A stretch of DNA of 64,000 nucleotides from Eukaryota sp. GEM-RC1. Its lineage: Eukaryota. Under the pieces are notes generated by a model that searched no databases, was not told the DNA's origin, and was given only the letters and a program-made list of their open reading frames with translations. The first letter of the stretch is position 1. Each line of letters opens with the position of its first letter. A program made the translations under genes and the position numbers. Of the stretch, positions 1 through 13,975 are shown one piece after another. Location: contig JAUFOQ010000002.1 in the NCBI GenBank assembly GCA_040285855.1, forward strand, positions 2,294,001 to 2,358,000, in the 5' to 3' direction.

Positions 1-2047
1 TTAATATTGTCAAAATATTCGAATATCGACTTCGAAGATCCTATCACAACAATTAACGATCTTTTGACCAAAATTTTAGAAATATTTAAATCCCACACAT
101 TTGCCAACACATTAATGCTCAATGTATCTCTAAAGAACTTCAAAAGCATATGTCTTTCTCTTCTACCACCAGTTATTAACCCCCAATCACTGACCCTCAC
201 TCACGTCACCAGAGCTCTTCTACTTTCCTTTTTCACCATATACACCAATTCATCCACTGACCCCTCTCTCCCTAATTCTCTCTCTTCCACTCTTCACCAA
301 CACTTTCCTTCTGATGTCCCTCAAATCACCAAAGTAGAAGAAGTGTATCGTCCCCTTGAAACTGCTGAATCAGTTGCATCATCACAAGCTTCTGATTCTG
401 CCAACACCCAGTCAGATTACAGTTACGATTCAGAAGAAGAGGAAGAAATAGAATTAATTGAGAAGCATATTCCTTCTTTAGAATCTTTTGCTCTCGATCC
501 GTTAACTGGAGAATGGGTTTCACTTGATTTAATGTTTTCCCCTAGGTCACTGCTTTCTATTACTCACAGTGAACCTTTTTGTTTGTATTCCTGTCATTTG
601 ATGGCTCCTTGTACTACTTTTACAGCAATTCATTCTTCATCAAGATGCGCAGGGAAAAAGTCGATTGTAAAGCTGCTGACGCGATCTGAAAGGTTCGATG
701 GAGGGCAGAATTCATCTTATCAGGCTCTTACTTCTAGATTAGTTACTGAAACAGCCAGAAAACGAAAGAAAGACCAAAAAGATCAAAGTGAAGACGCTTT
801 ACACCCAAACTCTCTCCTTGTTCATGTCGAAAAGGAGTCTATGTTTAGTGTTGATACTCTGGTTCAGTCTTTGATTAGGCAGTTGTCATCGCATGAGCTC
901 AATCATTTTGGAACTGATTTGACAGTTGATTTTCCATTGTTTTCTTCTGTGCTGCTGATTGAGATTGATGATGATACTTCACAGGCAGTTTCAGATGCTT
1001 TGTTGTCGCTATTGGACAAAAACTGTATTGGTGACAAGATTTTCAAATTTTCAAAAATTTATCTTGTCGCTACAAGTTCAACATTCTCTACCTTTTCTTC
1101 ATACTTTTTAGACCGTTGTTCTTTTGTGTTCAAGCCAGCTATAGGTTTTGAAGCACTACAATCAATCATTTTTGATCAAGTATCGTCATCTCAGGTCGCC
1201 AGTTTAGAACTGCGACAAAGTTTCTCGTTAGGATTGTCTAAGTTAATATTTACCTGTCAGGAAAAATGGCAGGAAATGCCAAACACGTGTGTCAACGTCA
1301 CCACCGCAATCAAAATTGTTAAATATGTTAATGCTGAGCTCTACAATCACAAAATCACAGTATTTCCAAAATTGTTAGATCAAATAATTGAAATTATTTT
1401 GGGATCTCAAATTTCTTTTGACGAGGACTTCTTTGCTGAATTGGCTACAGATGTGTATTCCTGTTTTCAGCACTTTAATGAAGATTTTTCTGAAAAACAT
1501 GATTCTGCTAGATGGTTTTCTACTGGCGTTTTAGGAAAGTATGACGTTAACAAGACAATTAAAAAGTTGATTGATGAAGAGAAACATTTTTGTAGCTTCT
1601 TGCTACGTGTTTTGGTTGATAACTACGAAACTTCTTCTGGTTATAATGATTTAATTCTTGATGTTTCCAAAAATTGCATCACTTTTTGATTTGAATGTTT
1701 TCCCCTTTGTTCTGATACGAACTTGTGATTCTTCTAGAATTTCTTTTTGCCATTCTCTACTTAAGGTTGCTTCAATGTGTTGTAGCAAAGATTTGTATTT
1801 CTATGATAGTCAATTAAATTTGATGGAATTGCCGCAATCAAGTCTTGTATTGATTTCTGATGACTGGAGCTCTGCTGATTTTAATCAAATTTTAGTTAAA
1901 TTGACCCCTTTCATGATGAAATTGTCTTTAGTTTTTTCGTTTGATGATGAAAGTCCTCTCTTGCCTATATTTAAAAATTCTAGTTTGTTTTCAAAATCTT
2001 CACTAGTTTCGTTACTCGATGTCGATGACTTTTACGACCAATTGTAA
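1..2047 (+). CDS. Divergent dynein heavy chain-like protein (AAA2/3 to AAA4 region), 5'-partial, 1-nt frameshift near 1670
   Basis: The motif order resembles dynein: DPLTGEWVS, degenerate P-loop CAGKKS, LLIEIDD, KIYLVATS, FLDRCSF. Removing one A from tccaaaaattg joins ORF 7-1689 to ORF 1658-2047 (DVSKIASLFDLNVFPFVLI, AAA4-like). Confidence 0.5.
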
Positions 2048-2049
2048 TA

Positions 2050-2800
2050 TATATTCACGATTATGCTATGTTTCAAGTGCTCTAGTTGCAAATCATCTAA
2101 AACAGTGAAATTTACATAGTTTTGTAAGGATATCAAGGGTGTGTTCAAACTGTTTGACCATTTGTTATTCTTGGTCTGATTTTCAAACCAATTCTTTTTT
2201 CATTTGTATTATTGTGAGTTCTGTCATTTGGGTTAAATCTAAACTTATTGTCCTATTCTGTGAGTGTTTCTCATATTAATTCTGCATAGTAATTTACTGT
2301 ATATTAAATCAGATTGAATAGCCAATACAATTATTTGAATACCTTGGTCTGTTAATTGGCTCAACTTTAAAGTATAAGTTAAAATATTGATTGATATGAT
2401 GTTCGATCATTGAAACATTGGCCAATAAAAATTCGCGAATTAGCTCTTTTGTCTCAAGACCAATTGCACTTGATTTAGATAATCGTTTCAACATGTCCTT
2501 CTTGTTTACGAACTGAATAAACAACTTTCATGATTTTCCTGTTCTACTGCTAGCAGTGGCATTATGTGAAACACTGGACCAATATCAAACATTGTAACAT
2601 CATTTGAATCAATACCTAGCATTGAAATATTGAAATCATTCACGACATTGGAATTGGCATGGGTTAAATACCAGTCAATGACACTGTCCATCAATTCAAT
2701 TTTTCCAGGCCCTGATATTAAATATGCGTTCAAAAGAACAATTTCCAAAATGATTATACAATCTTGCCTCAACTACCGAATCCACCTGAATTGTTCCTAA
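2050..2800 (-). pseudogene. Disrupted dynein-like fragment (stalk end/AAA5-like) on the opposite strand
   Basis: Fragments IVLLNAYLISGPG, IMPLL, DMLKRLSKSSAIG and FNLYF weakly echo the dynein post-stalk/AAA5 motif order. Stops and frameshifts are present. Confidence 0.25.
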
Positions 2801-2960
2801 ACTGCCTTCAGTGACCAAAAACGACCACTTCACACTCCATTAACTGAACCATCTATAGCATATCGAACAAAGACTACTATGTTTTATGTCACTTAATAGA
2901 TGAGAAGTGTAAAATTGTTTACTCAGTTTCCAAAAAATTGTTTATAAAGACTAAAAGCTA

Positions 2961-5553
2961 TTACATTCTGTCGAAGAATTTGTCCAAAGATGGGATTTGG
3001 GGATCAAGACCCTTACGGGTACGGATTCCACGAACAATTTCCCATTGCTTGTTGTTTTCTTCAAAAGGATCACCATTAACAAGTTGATAATGATCAAAGA
3101 CACATTGAGGGAAAGCTTGACCAGAAGTATGGGATCTCAGATCAGCGGTGAAACCGAAAGATTCAGCAACAGGTAGATAAGCCTTAACTTGATACAATGG
3201 AGTTCCGACTTTTTGATCTTCAGCAATAACAATACCTCTTCTGCGATTCAACACAGAGTAGATACCGCCCATAGCGGTATCAGGGGCAGTGATATCACAA
3301 AGATAAACTGGCTCCATGAGTCTGGGTTGAGCCATGAGTGATGATGCGTAGATTACACGACGAGCAGTGGGTACAATTTGACCACCACCTCTATGAATAG
3401 CATCGGCATGGAGGGTGACATCGATAATATCGAAACGACATCCTCTCATATATTCTTCAGTCATAACACCTTCACGAGAAGCCCATGAGAAAGCAGCACA
3501 AACGGAATCCTTGATTTCGTTAAGATATTGGACACCCTTGGTGGTATCACAAATGACGTTAGTTCCGTCGTTTCCGGGTCCAAAGGCCCAGATTCTTCTG
3601 GCTTCATCATTGTCCCATCCAAAGTTATCAGTGAGATATCTGGCACGGGTCTTGATATCTTCCTTTTGAGAGATTTTGCCTTCTTCGATTGCTTCAGCGA
3701 ATCCTTCTTCAAGGGGACGAGCAATAGCGTGAATTCTGTTATGTTTGTTAGGAGACTTAGAGAGAGCAGGAGCGGACTCAGCAGTGACAGTTTCACGGAA
3801 GGAAACAACGGGATCGGTAACACGGAGTTCAATACCGGCATGATCTTCAGTAAGATCCTTGAGACAAATTTCAAGATGAAGTTCACCAGCACCGGCAACG
3901 ATATGTTCACCAGATTCTTCAGTGTAACATTGGACACATGGATCAGACTTAGATAGACGCTTAAGACCTTCAACAAGCTTGGGCAATTCAGCGGCGTTCT
4001 TGGGTTCGACAGCAACACGTACAACAGGTGATACAGAGAATTTCATAGCCTTGATAGGATAAGCAGTTTCAGAAGTGGTCAAAGTACCGTTCTTGGTAAG
4101 GAACTGATCGATACCGACTAAAGCAGCAGTGTTACCAGCAGGGATATCGTTGACGGCTTCAACGTTCTTTCCCATCATGAGCACAACACGTTGAATACTC
4201 TTATGATAAAGATCGACTTTACCACCGAATTCATAGTTGGCACCCAGAATTCTAATCTTGACACCAGCTCTAACAGTTCCAGAGAAAACTCTTCCGAAAG
4301 CATAGAATCTACCCTTATCTGATGTAGGAACCATTTTAGAAATGTACATCATAAGAGGGGCATTCGGATCGCAGTTGGCAATACCAGTAGCACACTCATC
4401 ATCAAGGGGACCAGTGTACAAAGTGGAGCAACGATACTTTTGAGCAACCTTGGGGGAAGGAAGATGAACGATGATCATTTCCAAAAGAGCTTCAGCAGCG
4501 GGAAGGAATCTTTGCATAATGGTCTTTAGGAGTCTCTTATCAGTTTGATCGAATTCGTCTTGAGTAATCTTGATTCCCAAAACCTTGATCATCTTGGTGA
4601 CCTTATCTCTTTGTCCGTTCATGACACAATCAAAGAGGCGATAGATGGGATCGAGGACGAAACTGACAAAAGCTCTCTTAAGAGGTTTGCCATCATCACC
4701 AATGGGACGACTCTTCCATTTCTTGGCAGGTGAATCAAAGAAGTTATCTCCCCAGAGACGATCAATGAGCTTAGCGCGTTCAATACCGAACTTAGAAGCA
4801 TACATGTTGGCGAAATGAGTTAAAGTGAAACCCCATCCATGGAGTCCGGATCCGAAGGCGACGGTTCCCTTTGCGGGATCAACCATAACATCACCAAGAG
4901 CTTCGTCAATATAGGTTGCAATGAGGACATTGGCATTTTCAACAGTTCTTGCGAAGGACTGATAGGCTTCTTCGGGTTCTTGCTTCAATTCAAGGATGAC
5001 ACGATCCATTTTGTTAAGCATGAGTACAGGCTTGACACGTTCGGCTAAGGCTTGTCTAAGCACAGTTTCAGTTTGAACGGAAACACCAGAAATGGCGTCA
5101 ACAACAACTAATGCACCATCGGTAACTCTAAGAGCGGCAGAAACTTCGGAGGAGAAATCAACATGACCAGGAGAATCAATAAGATTGATCAAATGACCAA
5201 TATTGGCATCATCAGGTTGGGCTTCGCGATTGTGCATAACACCTTCAGCTACTTCATAATAGAGAGAAACACCAGTTGATTTGATGGTAATGCCACGATC
5301 TTGTTCGTCCTGTCTGGTATCAGTGAAACGAGCATCACCAGCTTTTGAAGCAGCGATGATACCAGCTTTGGCGATGAGCGAGTCAGTTAAGGTAGACTTT
5401 CCGTGATCAACTAAAGTCAATAGAGGCACAGAATCGCATACCATGAGCAATAACGGAAATGTTCCTGATACGTTCAGGAAACTCCATGATTTCTCGCATT
5501 TGTTCCTGTTATTAATACATCATTTGAGATCATACTTTGGTAAAGTTAGGCAT
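2961..5553 (-). CDS. EEF2: Translation elongation factor 2
   Basis: Motifs [25 protein letters not shown] and [11 protein letters not shown] (diphthamide loop). ATG at 5553; introns 5506-5535 (30 nt) and 5411-5441 (31 nt) restore the N-terminus MPNFTKEQMREIM. Confidence 0.98.
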
Positions 5554-6466
5554 GGTGAATGATTTCGGTAAAGAAAAAAAGGGGAACCAGTTTTGCTCAC
5601 TGCGGATTTCTTCGTTCGTCTTACACTTATTAGCTCGTTGATACCATTCACTTGTCAAGCTTTGGTGTTTAACTTAGTCTTGTGAACCAAAACAATATGT
5701 AGTTCATCAATACACTGTTTTGGAATATCTTCCATATACATAAACCCTAAGTCATCTCGTCAATTACATGATGTATAACCTTCGCACAAGTGTTACCTTG
5801 GACTTTCTGCCAGTCTTCATCTGCTTCACTTTTATCTTCAATCACGACGTCAATATCCTCACTCTCCTCAGTCTCAAAACATCTCGCACTTGGTATCGGT
5901 TACTGAGTTAACCATTGTTCTTTCATCTATTGAAATCATAAACCCCTTCTCCATCTTCCAGAAATTTATTATTTATTTGTTACAGTTCCACTTTAACCAC
6001 TTCTTTCTCTGTTTCTTCTTCCTATGGCTATTAGTAACTCGATGGACATGTTTTCTCCAATAATCCCAGCTCTAAGAAATGAAGAGAAAGCAGCACTTCC
6101 TACAGAGATTTATATAAGATAATTTCTTGATTCTAAATAGTTTCATCATGGTTTTTACTGATGCATCATTATCATGTGAGAGTCATTACAATCACCATAG
6201 ACTTCTTATCTTCTGTTTTACAGTAGTTCCTTAATTTTCAGTCGTAACTACGTTTACCTTTTATGTAAGGAAACTTGTTCATCTTGTCTTTCTTGTTTAA
6301 GCAACCTAGACTTTCTTTAAGCTTTCTTTGCTTTATGCAGTTTTTTGGTTCAATATGTTTTAATCACATTAATTTTTTATCTTTCAATTTAAACTTAAAG
6401 TGTACAAATATGATACATTAAAATACAAACTCATTGTACAATCTACAAACTAAAAAGACAATCCTT

Positions 6467-7199
6467 TCACGAAAGACTCTCATCCAGTGATCTATACTGA
6501 TTGATTCTGTCGTTGATCTGTCGTGTCACGCTCATTAGTTCGTAATTCTGATCTTCAATCAAAACAGTTTCCAATTCGATTTCCATAGCTTCCTGATCAT
6601 TAACTTCTTTTAGCCGTACTGATTCTTTAACCTTTTCTTGTTGAATCTTCATTCTAAACAGTTTTTTCTCAGCTTCGATCTTGACTTTCAACTTCCTAGC
6701 TTGCTCTCTTTCGCGTTCTCTTTGAGCTTCTAGCTGCTCCTCTCGCTTTCTGGAAGCATTTTTGATCTTCCGAGCTTGTTCTCTAGCCTTCCGTAGTCTT
6801 TTCTTCATTGGCTTCTTTCATTCTCATTTTCCTTAAAACCTCGTCTTTACGAAGCTTATGGGTAAAGTTAACAATGGAATTATCTTGTTCTTGTTTCATT
6901 GATAATGTTTCCATTTTAGTGGACAACATTTCCTGTTGACGTTCCACTCTACGTGTGATGTTGAATTGTTTCCGTTTTATAGTTCTGATTGTTTGTTCTT
7001 CTTGGTCTTTCAATCGGGAGAGTTTTAGAGAAAGAGATCGAGATTGGCTGGTGGCATGTTTGTATTGTTGAAGGGCGCTTTTTCTTTGTTCAGGAGAAGA
7101 AGGAGTGCGAAGGAGCGAACGTTCAAAAGAAGAAGACTTTGGTGGTGAAACGGAAAAATGGTCCAAAAGAAAGTGTGATTCATCGGTTGAGTAATTCAT
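6467..7199 (-). CDS. Coiled-coil protein (two ORFs joined by an indel in an A-run near 6800)
   Basis: Overlapping E/K/R/Q-rich ORFs 6783-7199 and 6467-6808. Confidence 0.55.
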
Positions 7200-7361
7200 T
7201 TGGAGGCCATAAATCTGATAATGGGAGGGAAGAATTTGGGTCGAAAATCCCCACTAGTATGTTTGTATTAAACGCATATTGCTTCAACAAGCAATGACAG
7301 ACTCTTTCTGGAATTGTAAGATGCGGACCTATGTAGATATCTTCGTTAGCATCAACACTCG

Positions 7362-8608
7362 ATGTTCAACCGCTTCAGACACCTTCACCGTCATGTTTAT
7401 GTGTCTTCCATAGTTTCGTTCTTCGCTGAAGCTTCAATTAGAATGGTTATGGATCTCATCCCTTTATTTCTCTATTCTGTAATCTCTACTCCACCCTTCC
7501 TCGTTGCATTCACTGAAAACATCACTGACAGTCTTTCACACCTTCTCAAACTTCTATTTGGCTTTGTGGCTGATATATATGGTCGAAAGTTCCTCGTTGG
7601 ACTTGGTTACCTTCTTGGAACTCTCCCCCGCCCTCTCCTTCTCAATGCCAACTACTGGTGGGTAGTCTTTCTGGTCAAACTCACTGAAAGATTTGGAAAG
7701 GAATGAGAACTGCTCCTAGAGATGCTCTATTAGTAGACTGTACTACTGAGGAAGAAAGATCCGTGGCTTTTGGACTTCAACGAGCAGCTGATATGTTGGG
7801 CGGGCTGGTTGGTATTATTGCTGTTATTATAGTTGTTTTTTCTATTCATTCTTCTGGAACAATTGATCGATTTGTCTTCAATGTGTTTACTGTGATTTCT
7901 CTAATACCTGGATTTCTGTCGGTTGCTATTTGGTTCATCTTTATCCATGAACGGTTTGAACCTCCACCTCATTCCTCTGAAAGAAATGGCTTTGTATCTG
8001 ACATTGGAGAACTAGGCAGTAGATTCTACAAGATCCTCTTCGTTACCTCCTTCTTTTCACTGGGATTCCTTGGGAATAGCTTTGGACTCATGATTAGCAA
8101 GGACATGGGCTTACCCCTTAAAACGATCTTGTTTGCTCTTCTAGTTTCTAGACTAGTTGGATCTATTGGTGGAATCTGGTTACCCTTTCTATGTGATCGC
8201 TTTGGAATTAAAGGAGCTAATAACTTGGGGTTTTTAGCTCATTCTATAGCTTGCGTAGGGTTCAATGCAGCGTTCTACTATGGTAATTTAATTACATTGT
8301 TTCTGGCATATGGAGTGTTTGGTTTCTCCATAAGTATACATCGGACGGCTGCTAAAACCCTATGTTCTTTAGTCACTCCGCTACATCATCAAGGACTAGC
8401 AATAGGTTTCTTGTTCTGTGGTATTGGCCTAGCTACTACCATTGGAAGCTTTGTCACTGGCTGGCTGTTTGAGTTGAATAAGATGTTTCCTTTTTGGTAT
8501 GGTGCAGTGTTTGGAGTGTTGTCAATGTTGTTTCTGTCGTTGGTGTATTCTGATAGTGAGTTTCAAGAAGCCTATGTTGAACATTCGCTTTTAAGTGACA
8601 GTGACTAG
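7362..8608 (+). CDS. Major facilitator superfamily transporter (frameshift near 7697)
   Basis: MFS motif A (GFVADIYGRK) and many hydrophobic helices. Adding one A to ggaaagga gives ERFGKGMRTAPRDAL and joins the two ORFs. Confidence 0.88.
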
Positions 8609-8706
8609 TGATTTTTTAAAATTTGAAATATTGGAGTGTACTATGTTCATTAAATACTATTATACAATCTGTGTTACAATATAACTGCAAAGTTCATTCA
8701 TTACTA

Positions 8707-10318
8707 TCACAAATAGCCCGACCTGGTCATTGTAAATTCTTTTGATTGTCTTATTCGTGCTGATCGTGGACTCATTGGAATATCGAGCTTGTTGTAAAAC
8801 TTTAGACCTTGAACTTGACTGCCATGGAGCTCAACCTTCCGTTCTGGGAGAGGTGACGAGAAAGGTGACGATATCGGTTTTGTAGCTTCAAGAGACCTTA
8901 TTTTTCCACTATTGAGTGTTGATTTGAGTTCTTCTATCGTATCACTTACCTCTAACAAATGCATTTGAGACAAATTCTTCTTCCGTTCAGCAATCTCTGA
9001 CGAAAACTTGTCCTTGAGCTCCAGTGTCTCTCGATTCAAGGTCTGAATCAAATCACGTTCACAGTCTTTGATTTTCTTCTTGCACTCATCTTCAATCTTC
9101 TTCTTTGACTTGGTAACAAATTGAGCACGATTTTGTTTAAACTCTAGCAAATCCTCCTCCATTTCTTTTTCTAGCTCAATCTCTCGTTGTTTCCTTTGAT
9201 CAGCCAGCTCATCCTCCATTGAATTCAAAAGCATTGTGTGTTGAGCAATTAAATCATTTTGGAGTGACATGAGTTCTTGTTGTTTGTCACTGCAAAAGTT
9301 GTCGATTTTTGAGTTCCATTCAGACTTGGTCCTTTCTAATTCAGTATCTTTAGAACTCACAAGGCGTTGAATCTCGGAGAAAATGGATTCCTTAACATTC
9401 TTGACACGCTGATTCTCATAATCAAGCTCGTCTTTGATCTCTTTTAATCGCTGATCCAATCGATGACGTGCCTCGCCTATTTCAAGCTCAGAATTCTTTT
9501 GAAGTTCACGAACTTCCATAGTATGTTCAACTTCTAGTTTTTCCATTAACTTAGACTTTTTCTTCTCAAACTGTAGAACTTGGTGTTTCTGCTCCTTTTC
9601 CAACTGTTCGATTTCCTCTTCATGATGTTCTTTTTGAGCGTATAAATTCTCCTTATGTTTCAGATTTAATTCATGCATAAGCCGTTCATGATCTCTTTCT
9701 TGATGATCAATCAAAACAGATAGACGTTCTTTCTCATCATTCAGTGTCAGTTCATTCTCTCTCTTTATCTTAGCCATTTGCATCTGGTGATTGCGTTGGA
9801 CTGTGTTTAGTTCCTCCTCCAACATTAGTTTAAGCTTGAAAAGTTCATCATCGTGTTCCTTTAAGAGTTCTTCCTGTTGGTCTTTAAGAGATTGGTAGTG
9901 AGATTCAAGTAGTAGAAGTTGTTGTTGCTTGATATGGTTCTGCATCTCCTCCATGAGTTCACATCGGAATTTTTCACGAGATTCTCTGTCTTCACAGATT
10001 AGCTTGTTTTCTTTTTCAACAAAGCCATTGTATTCGTCATCTATTTTAGAACGAAGTTCAGCAAGAAAGGATTCGCGTTCTTTGTAAAGTTTCTGTCGAG
10101 TTTGGTCTCTGATGCGTTTGTCCTCAGAAAGAAGAGTAGCTATGGCCTGTTGACGTTCTGCTGATATAGAGTGTCCTAAAGCTGAAGAAGAGGTGGCCAT
10201 AGCAGAGGAAATCTGATTTTCTTGAATGAAACTTCATATCCGAGATGTTAACACTTCTCTTCTTAAAGGTAAGCGACATCCTACCATCTTTCTGTAGCTG
10301 TCTTAAAGACATACTCAC
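8707..10318 (-). CDS. Long coiled-coil protein; 5' end uncertain
   Basis: 497-aa E/K/L/Q-rich heptad ORF with a short overlapping upstream ORF. Confidence 0.7.
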
Positions 10319-10630
10319 GAATTAAAACAATTACTCTTGTTTTCATTGGTGAAACTGATCACAATCGTTTTGACTCCCATCTTCTCCGGGTTCTTAGCCG
10401 TGACTCTGTCTCTGAATGCCGTGTTCTTAGCTCCATCCCTTTTGTTTGTTTTTCAAACATTAAATTTCTCACATTAGGAACGACTTTCCAATAGAGGACT
10501 GGTTAACCGAAGCATCATTGTCTCATCACGTCATCATAATCTCATTGGACTGGAAGTTAAAACCCATATCCTTACAGAAGCCCTGTTCTTTGACAATGAA
10601 GGAGACGCCTCGGTAGACCTCATTCTGTCA

Positions 10631-11143
10631 ATGTCAGCTCTTGGAAGCCAGCCAGCTCTTAAGTTTAAGAAGTCATCCGGGGATGAGAGACATGCTCCCG
10701 TTCGTAATATCTCATTGGAGGAATTGGAAGCCACAGTTGAATATATGCCACTTAAGCCACATTTTGATCTTAAAATTGAGATTAATGAGTCAGTTATTGA
10801 AAAGATTCTAATGTTTTTAAAAAGATCGTCACTTAATAAGTTCAAAACTATTGAGATCAAGGGTGAGTGTATTTCAGAGACCCATTCCAAGCTTGAGATT
10901 CATTCTGAAGGTATCCAAAGCTCCCTGTTCATTTGCTTCAACAGTCTTCCTACTAAAATTTCAGGAGATTCTACCCAATCCTCGTGTAGGTTCTCTTTGT
11001 CTATCTTTGATAAGTTGTGTTCTCCTCTGAAGTGTAGAGAGGAGGGGGTTTGTTCGTTGTTTCTACGATCTTTAGATGATTGTGATATTGAGTTGGAGAT
11101 TAATGGTGTTGTTGTTTGTTCTAGAAGTGCTGGGTCTATTTGA
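10631..11143 (+). CDS. Hypothetical protein
   Basis: 170-aa ORF with coding-like composition and no recognised motif. Confidence 0.45.
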   Translation: MSALGSQPALKFKKSSGDERHAPVRNISLEELEATVEYMPLKPHFDLKIEINESVIEKILMFLKRSSLNKFKTIEIKGECISETHSKLEIHSEGIQSSLFICFNSLPTKISGDSTQSSCRFSLSIFDKLCSPLKCREEGVCSLFLRSLDDCDIELEINGVVVCSRSAGSI

Positions 11144-11917
11144 AGTTTGAAGCTATTTTCTTGAAGCTATGTCTAACTTCTTGATGGAAGTACTAATCTA
11201 CTTTAGGAAGGTGTACTTGTTGTGTTTGTCTATTGATTGACTCTGATATTATTAGTGACGTGGCAGTTTTTGATCACGTCTTTACTGATTGGATGTCAAT
11301 CTAAAAGTTTTGGACTCTGTGTTTTGGTTTAGTTCAAGTATTGCAGTGGACTAACCAGTATCTGTGCATTCATCTCATTCGACTGGTTATTGTATGGACT
11401 TCGTATGGTATAAAGAAAATTTTTATATCACTACAATATTTGGACTTTGATGACTGTGACGCCACAATAATTTTAATCAACGAATAGAACTGATTGTTCT
11501 AATGTTTCAGTCATAGCATTGATGATGCTTCATATTGCCTGCAAATTAACAACTTTGAATAAAACTAGCTTACATGGAATTACTTTTGTCAGATTCAGTT
11601 ATTTATTTTATACCTACTATTATAAACGGTGAGGGTTAAGCTTAAATCTCTCAGAGAAAGGACGACTGATGTTCTCTCTCCAAACAAGTCACGAAGTCTA
11701 CTTTGACTGCAGGCTTCTCCTCCTGAAAAAGTCCAGAAATAGTCTGGAAAACTAAATACACCCATCTTGCTACTTATGGTAGGTTCCAAACCTTGTATAG
11801 AATTTAAATTCTTAATTAATACCACGCCATAAATTATGGCCCATAATGGGATTTCATTTGATTTATGTTTTCACTCGACAATTCGAATTATCAACCGTAA
11901 AATTTGATTGTAATATT

Positions 11918-12787
11918 CATACATGGGGATCACACTTTTTTGTGATGTGATATTTGTGAATGATTGTTGTGATCCACAGGTATCACAAAAAGACTGATTT
12001 GTGAGTGATATTTGTGATGCTTGTGGGAGGTCGAAATACGCAAAATATGGTGATATATTCCAATTGAAGAATAAACTCGATCAATACGTACTGTTGTGTG
12101 AAAACATTTGAACGATTTATATGACCCAATCTGAAAGAATTTAAGGGTTACATTTACAATCTATCTTCTTTGTCACATGGCAGCAGTTATTTACTCATAA
12201 CAGGAACTCACCAATAGTAAAGATTTAGCGACGATTCGGTGAATTGTTCTACAAACAGAATACACTATACGAACATATGATCAAAAAGGTTGTTCGTCCT
12301 CTATTTACGACCATTGTTAACATCATTAAGACAATTGAGTTCACTTTTTCCTAAACGATCGTAAACTGATACATCCAAATGACATACTAGTATTTCATAT
12401 TCAACACGTTTCACATGTTTAAGAGTCATCAATGGTTTTTTGTACTTATCTTGTGTTTCCATAGTTATATTGAAGATTAAAGATCATTTAACAATAGACC
12501 GTAAACCTACGGGTTTTAAATTAGATAAACAACAGAAGTCGTCTTTAAATCAGTACAGAAAATTGCGACTACTGGATTCTTTTGACTTTGTTCCTCAATC
12601 ACAATCTATGGTTAGAAAGCTCGATGGAATTCCGAAATCCAAAAGCCATAGTATCTAGCAGAATATACACTTCAAGTTTGTGTATATATGGTTCTATTGA
12701 GTAAGATCAGTATTATCTGTATTTGTGATGTGATATGTGTGATTCACATGTATCGCAAAATGCAAAAAAGTGTGATACCCAAGTATG
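11918..12787. mobile_element. Non-autonomous hAT element (870 bp)
   Basis: TIRs catacatggggatcacacttttt / aaaaagtgtgatacccaagtatg; 8-bp TSD gtaatatt/gttatatt (7/8); subterminal tgtga repeats. Confidence 0.85.
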
Positions 12788-13236
12788 GTTATATTAGCGT
12801 GTTTTCTACTTTGCAATGTCACTCCACTGTCCTGGTACACTATTAATGAGGCACAATTTCGTCTTTCCGACGAAATTGTGTTTCAGGCAGTGTAAAACTG
12901 CCCGATCTAAAACTGAATCAATTGCAAACTAATTGTATCAGTGATCCTGCTAACCGTAAATGCGACAGTGTTGCATATGACTCCATAATTCTCATCTTAC
13001 TTTAATGAACTGTTGGGTGAAGATTGAGTGCCCGCTCAATGTAATTCAGTGGTCGTGGAACACTAAAATAAATAGAATGTATCTAAATTTGTCATATGTG
13101 AAGTATTAATATCATGTATCAAGAATCAATTTCTTTTTTCAATTACTGCTTATGAAAGCAATATTTTAAAAAAAGTTATGTCCTTCGACGAAGACTAAAT
13201 ATATGGTCAATTAAAACGTCAAACAAGAGTTCCAGA

Positions 13237-13975
13237 CAGCAACCACAAACAATATGTATATATTGTATTGTCTAGTGTTTGATTGAACAATAAATATATT
13301 GTCCAATCAAGTACTGTATTGTATTGTAGGTTCATTGTGCGAAAAAAAAACAATAAATAAAACAATTCAATATTTCTGCTCTGAATAATTGGTATCTACA
13401 CCTACAACTTCACTTTGTGCATTCTGAGTCATAACACAGGTCACTATCTGCTGATTTCTGGTATTAGTAAATGCAAAACTTCATTACATGGCAGTGAATT
13501 TTGTTCGGATGATCAGAGAGAATGTTCTATGCTCTACTGAAAAAGTGGTCTATGTCTTAACTAGATGTTGTTATAAGTACTAGATCATTTGTGATGTCTA
13601 ATTCTTAAGAGTCTGGGCCCTGTTAATATACTTTATTGCTCAAAAGACATACCATCAGAATTTTGGGTAATATTGTTGCTTAAAGATAGGAATGGTCATA
13701 CTGTGAAATGAAAATAAGGTGATTTATAATATACATTTCTCATGCTACGATAATGATTATCAGATAGTCTACAATATATCCACATGTAAGGGGTTCGTTC
13801 ATCAGAGCATTCCTGATGAGCAATTGGAGGTTGCAGGTCTTCCAACAGTTTGGTTATAATGAGAAGAAGTGAATCTTATTGTAGTTGCACAAATTGACAA
13901 ATATTGTATTGTGTTATTGTACAAATAATTGTTCATAGTATATATACATCTAGATGTATACTGTTTTGGTTGCAG
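13237..13975 (-). mobile_element. Non-autonomous hAT element (739 bp)
   Basis: Perfect 8-bp TSD gttccaga (13229-13236 and 13976-13983); imperfect TIRs cagcaaccacaaaca / tgttttggttgcag; internal PATSNCS remnant of the hAT dimerisation motif. Confidence 0.82.

Noticed and set aside
3415..5048. Overlapping and antisense ORFs within EEF2 (likewise within La, NSA2 and the hAT transposase)
   Set aside because: These are shadow ORFs caused by codon bias and carry no motifs.
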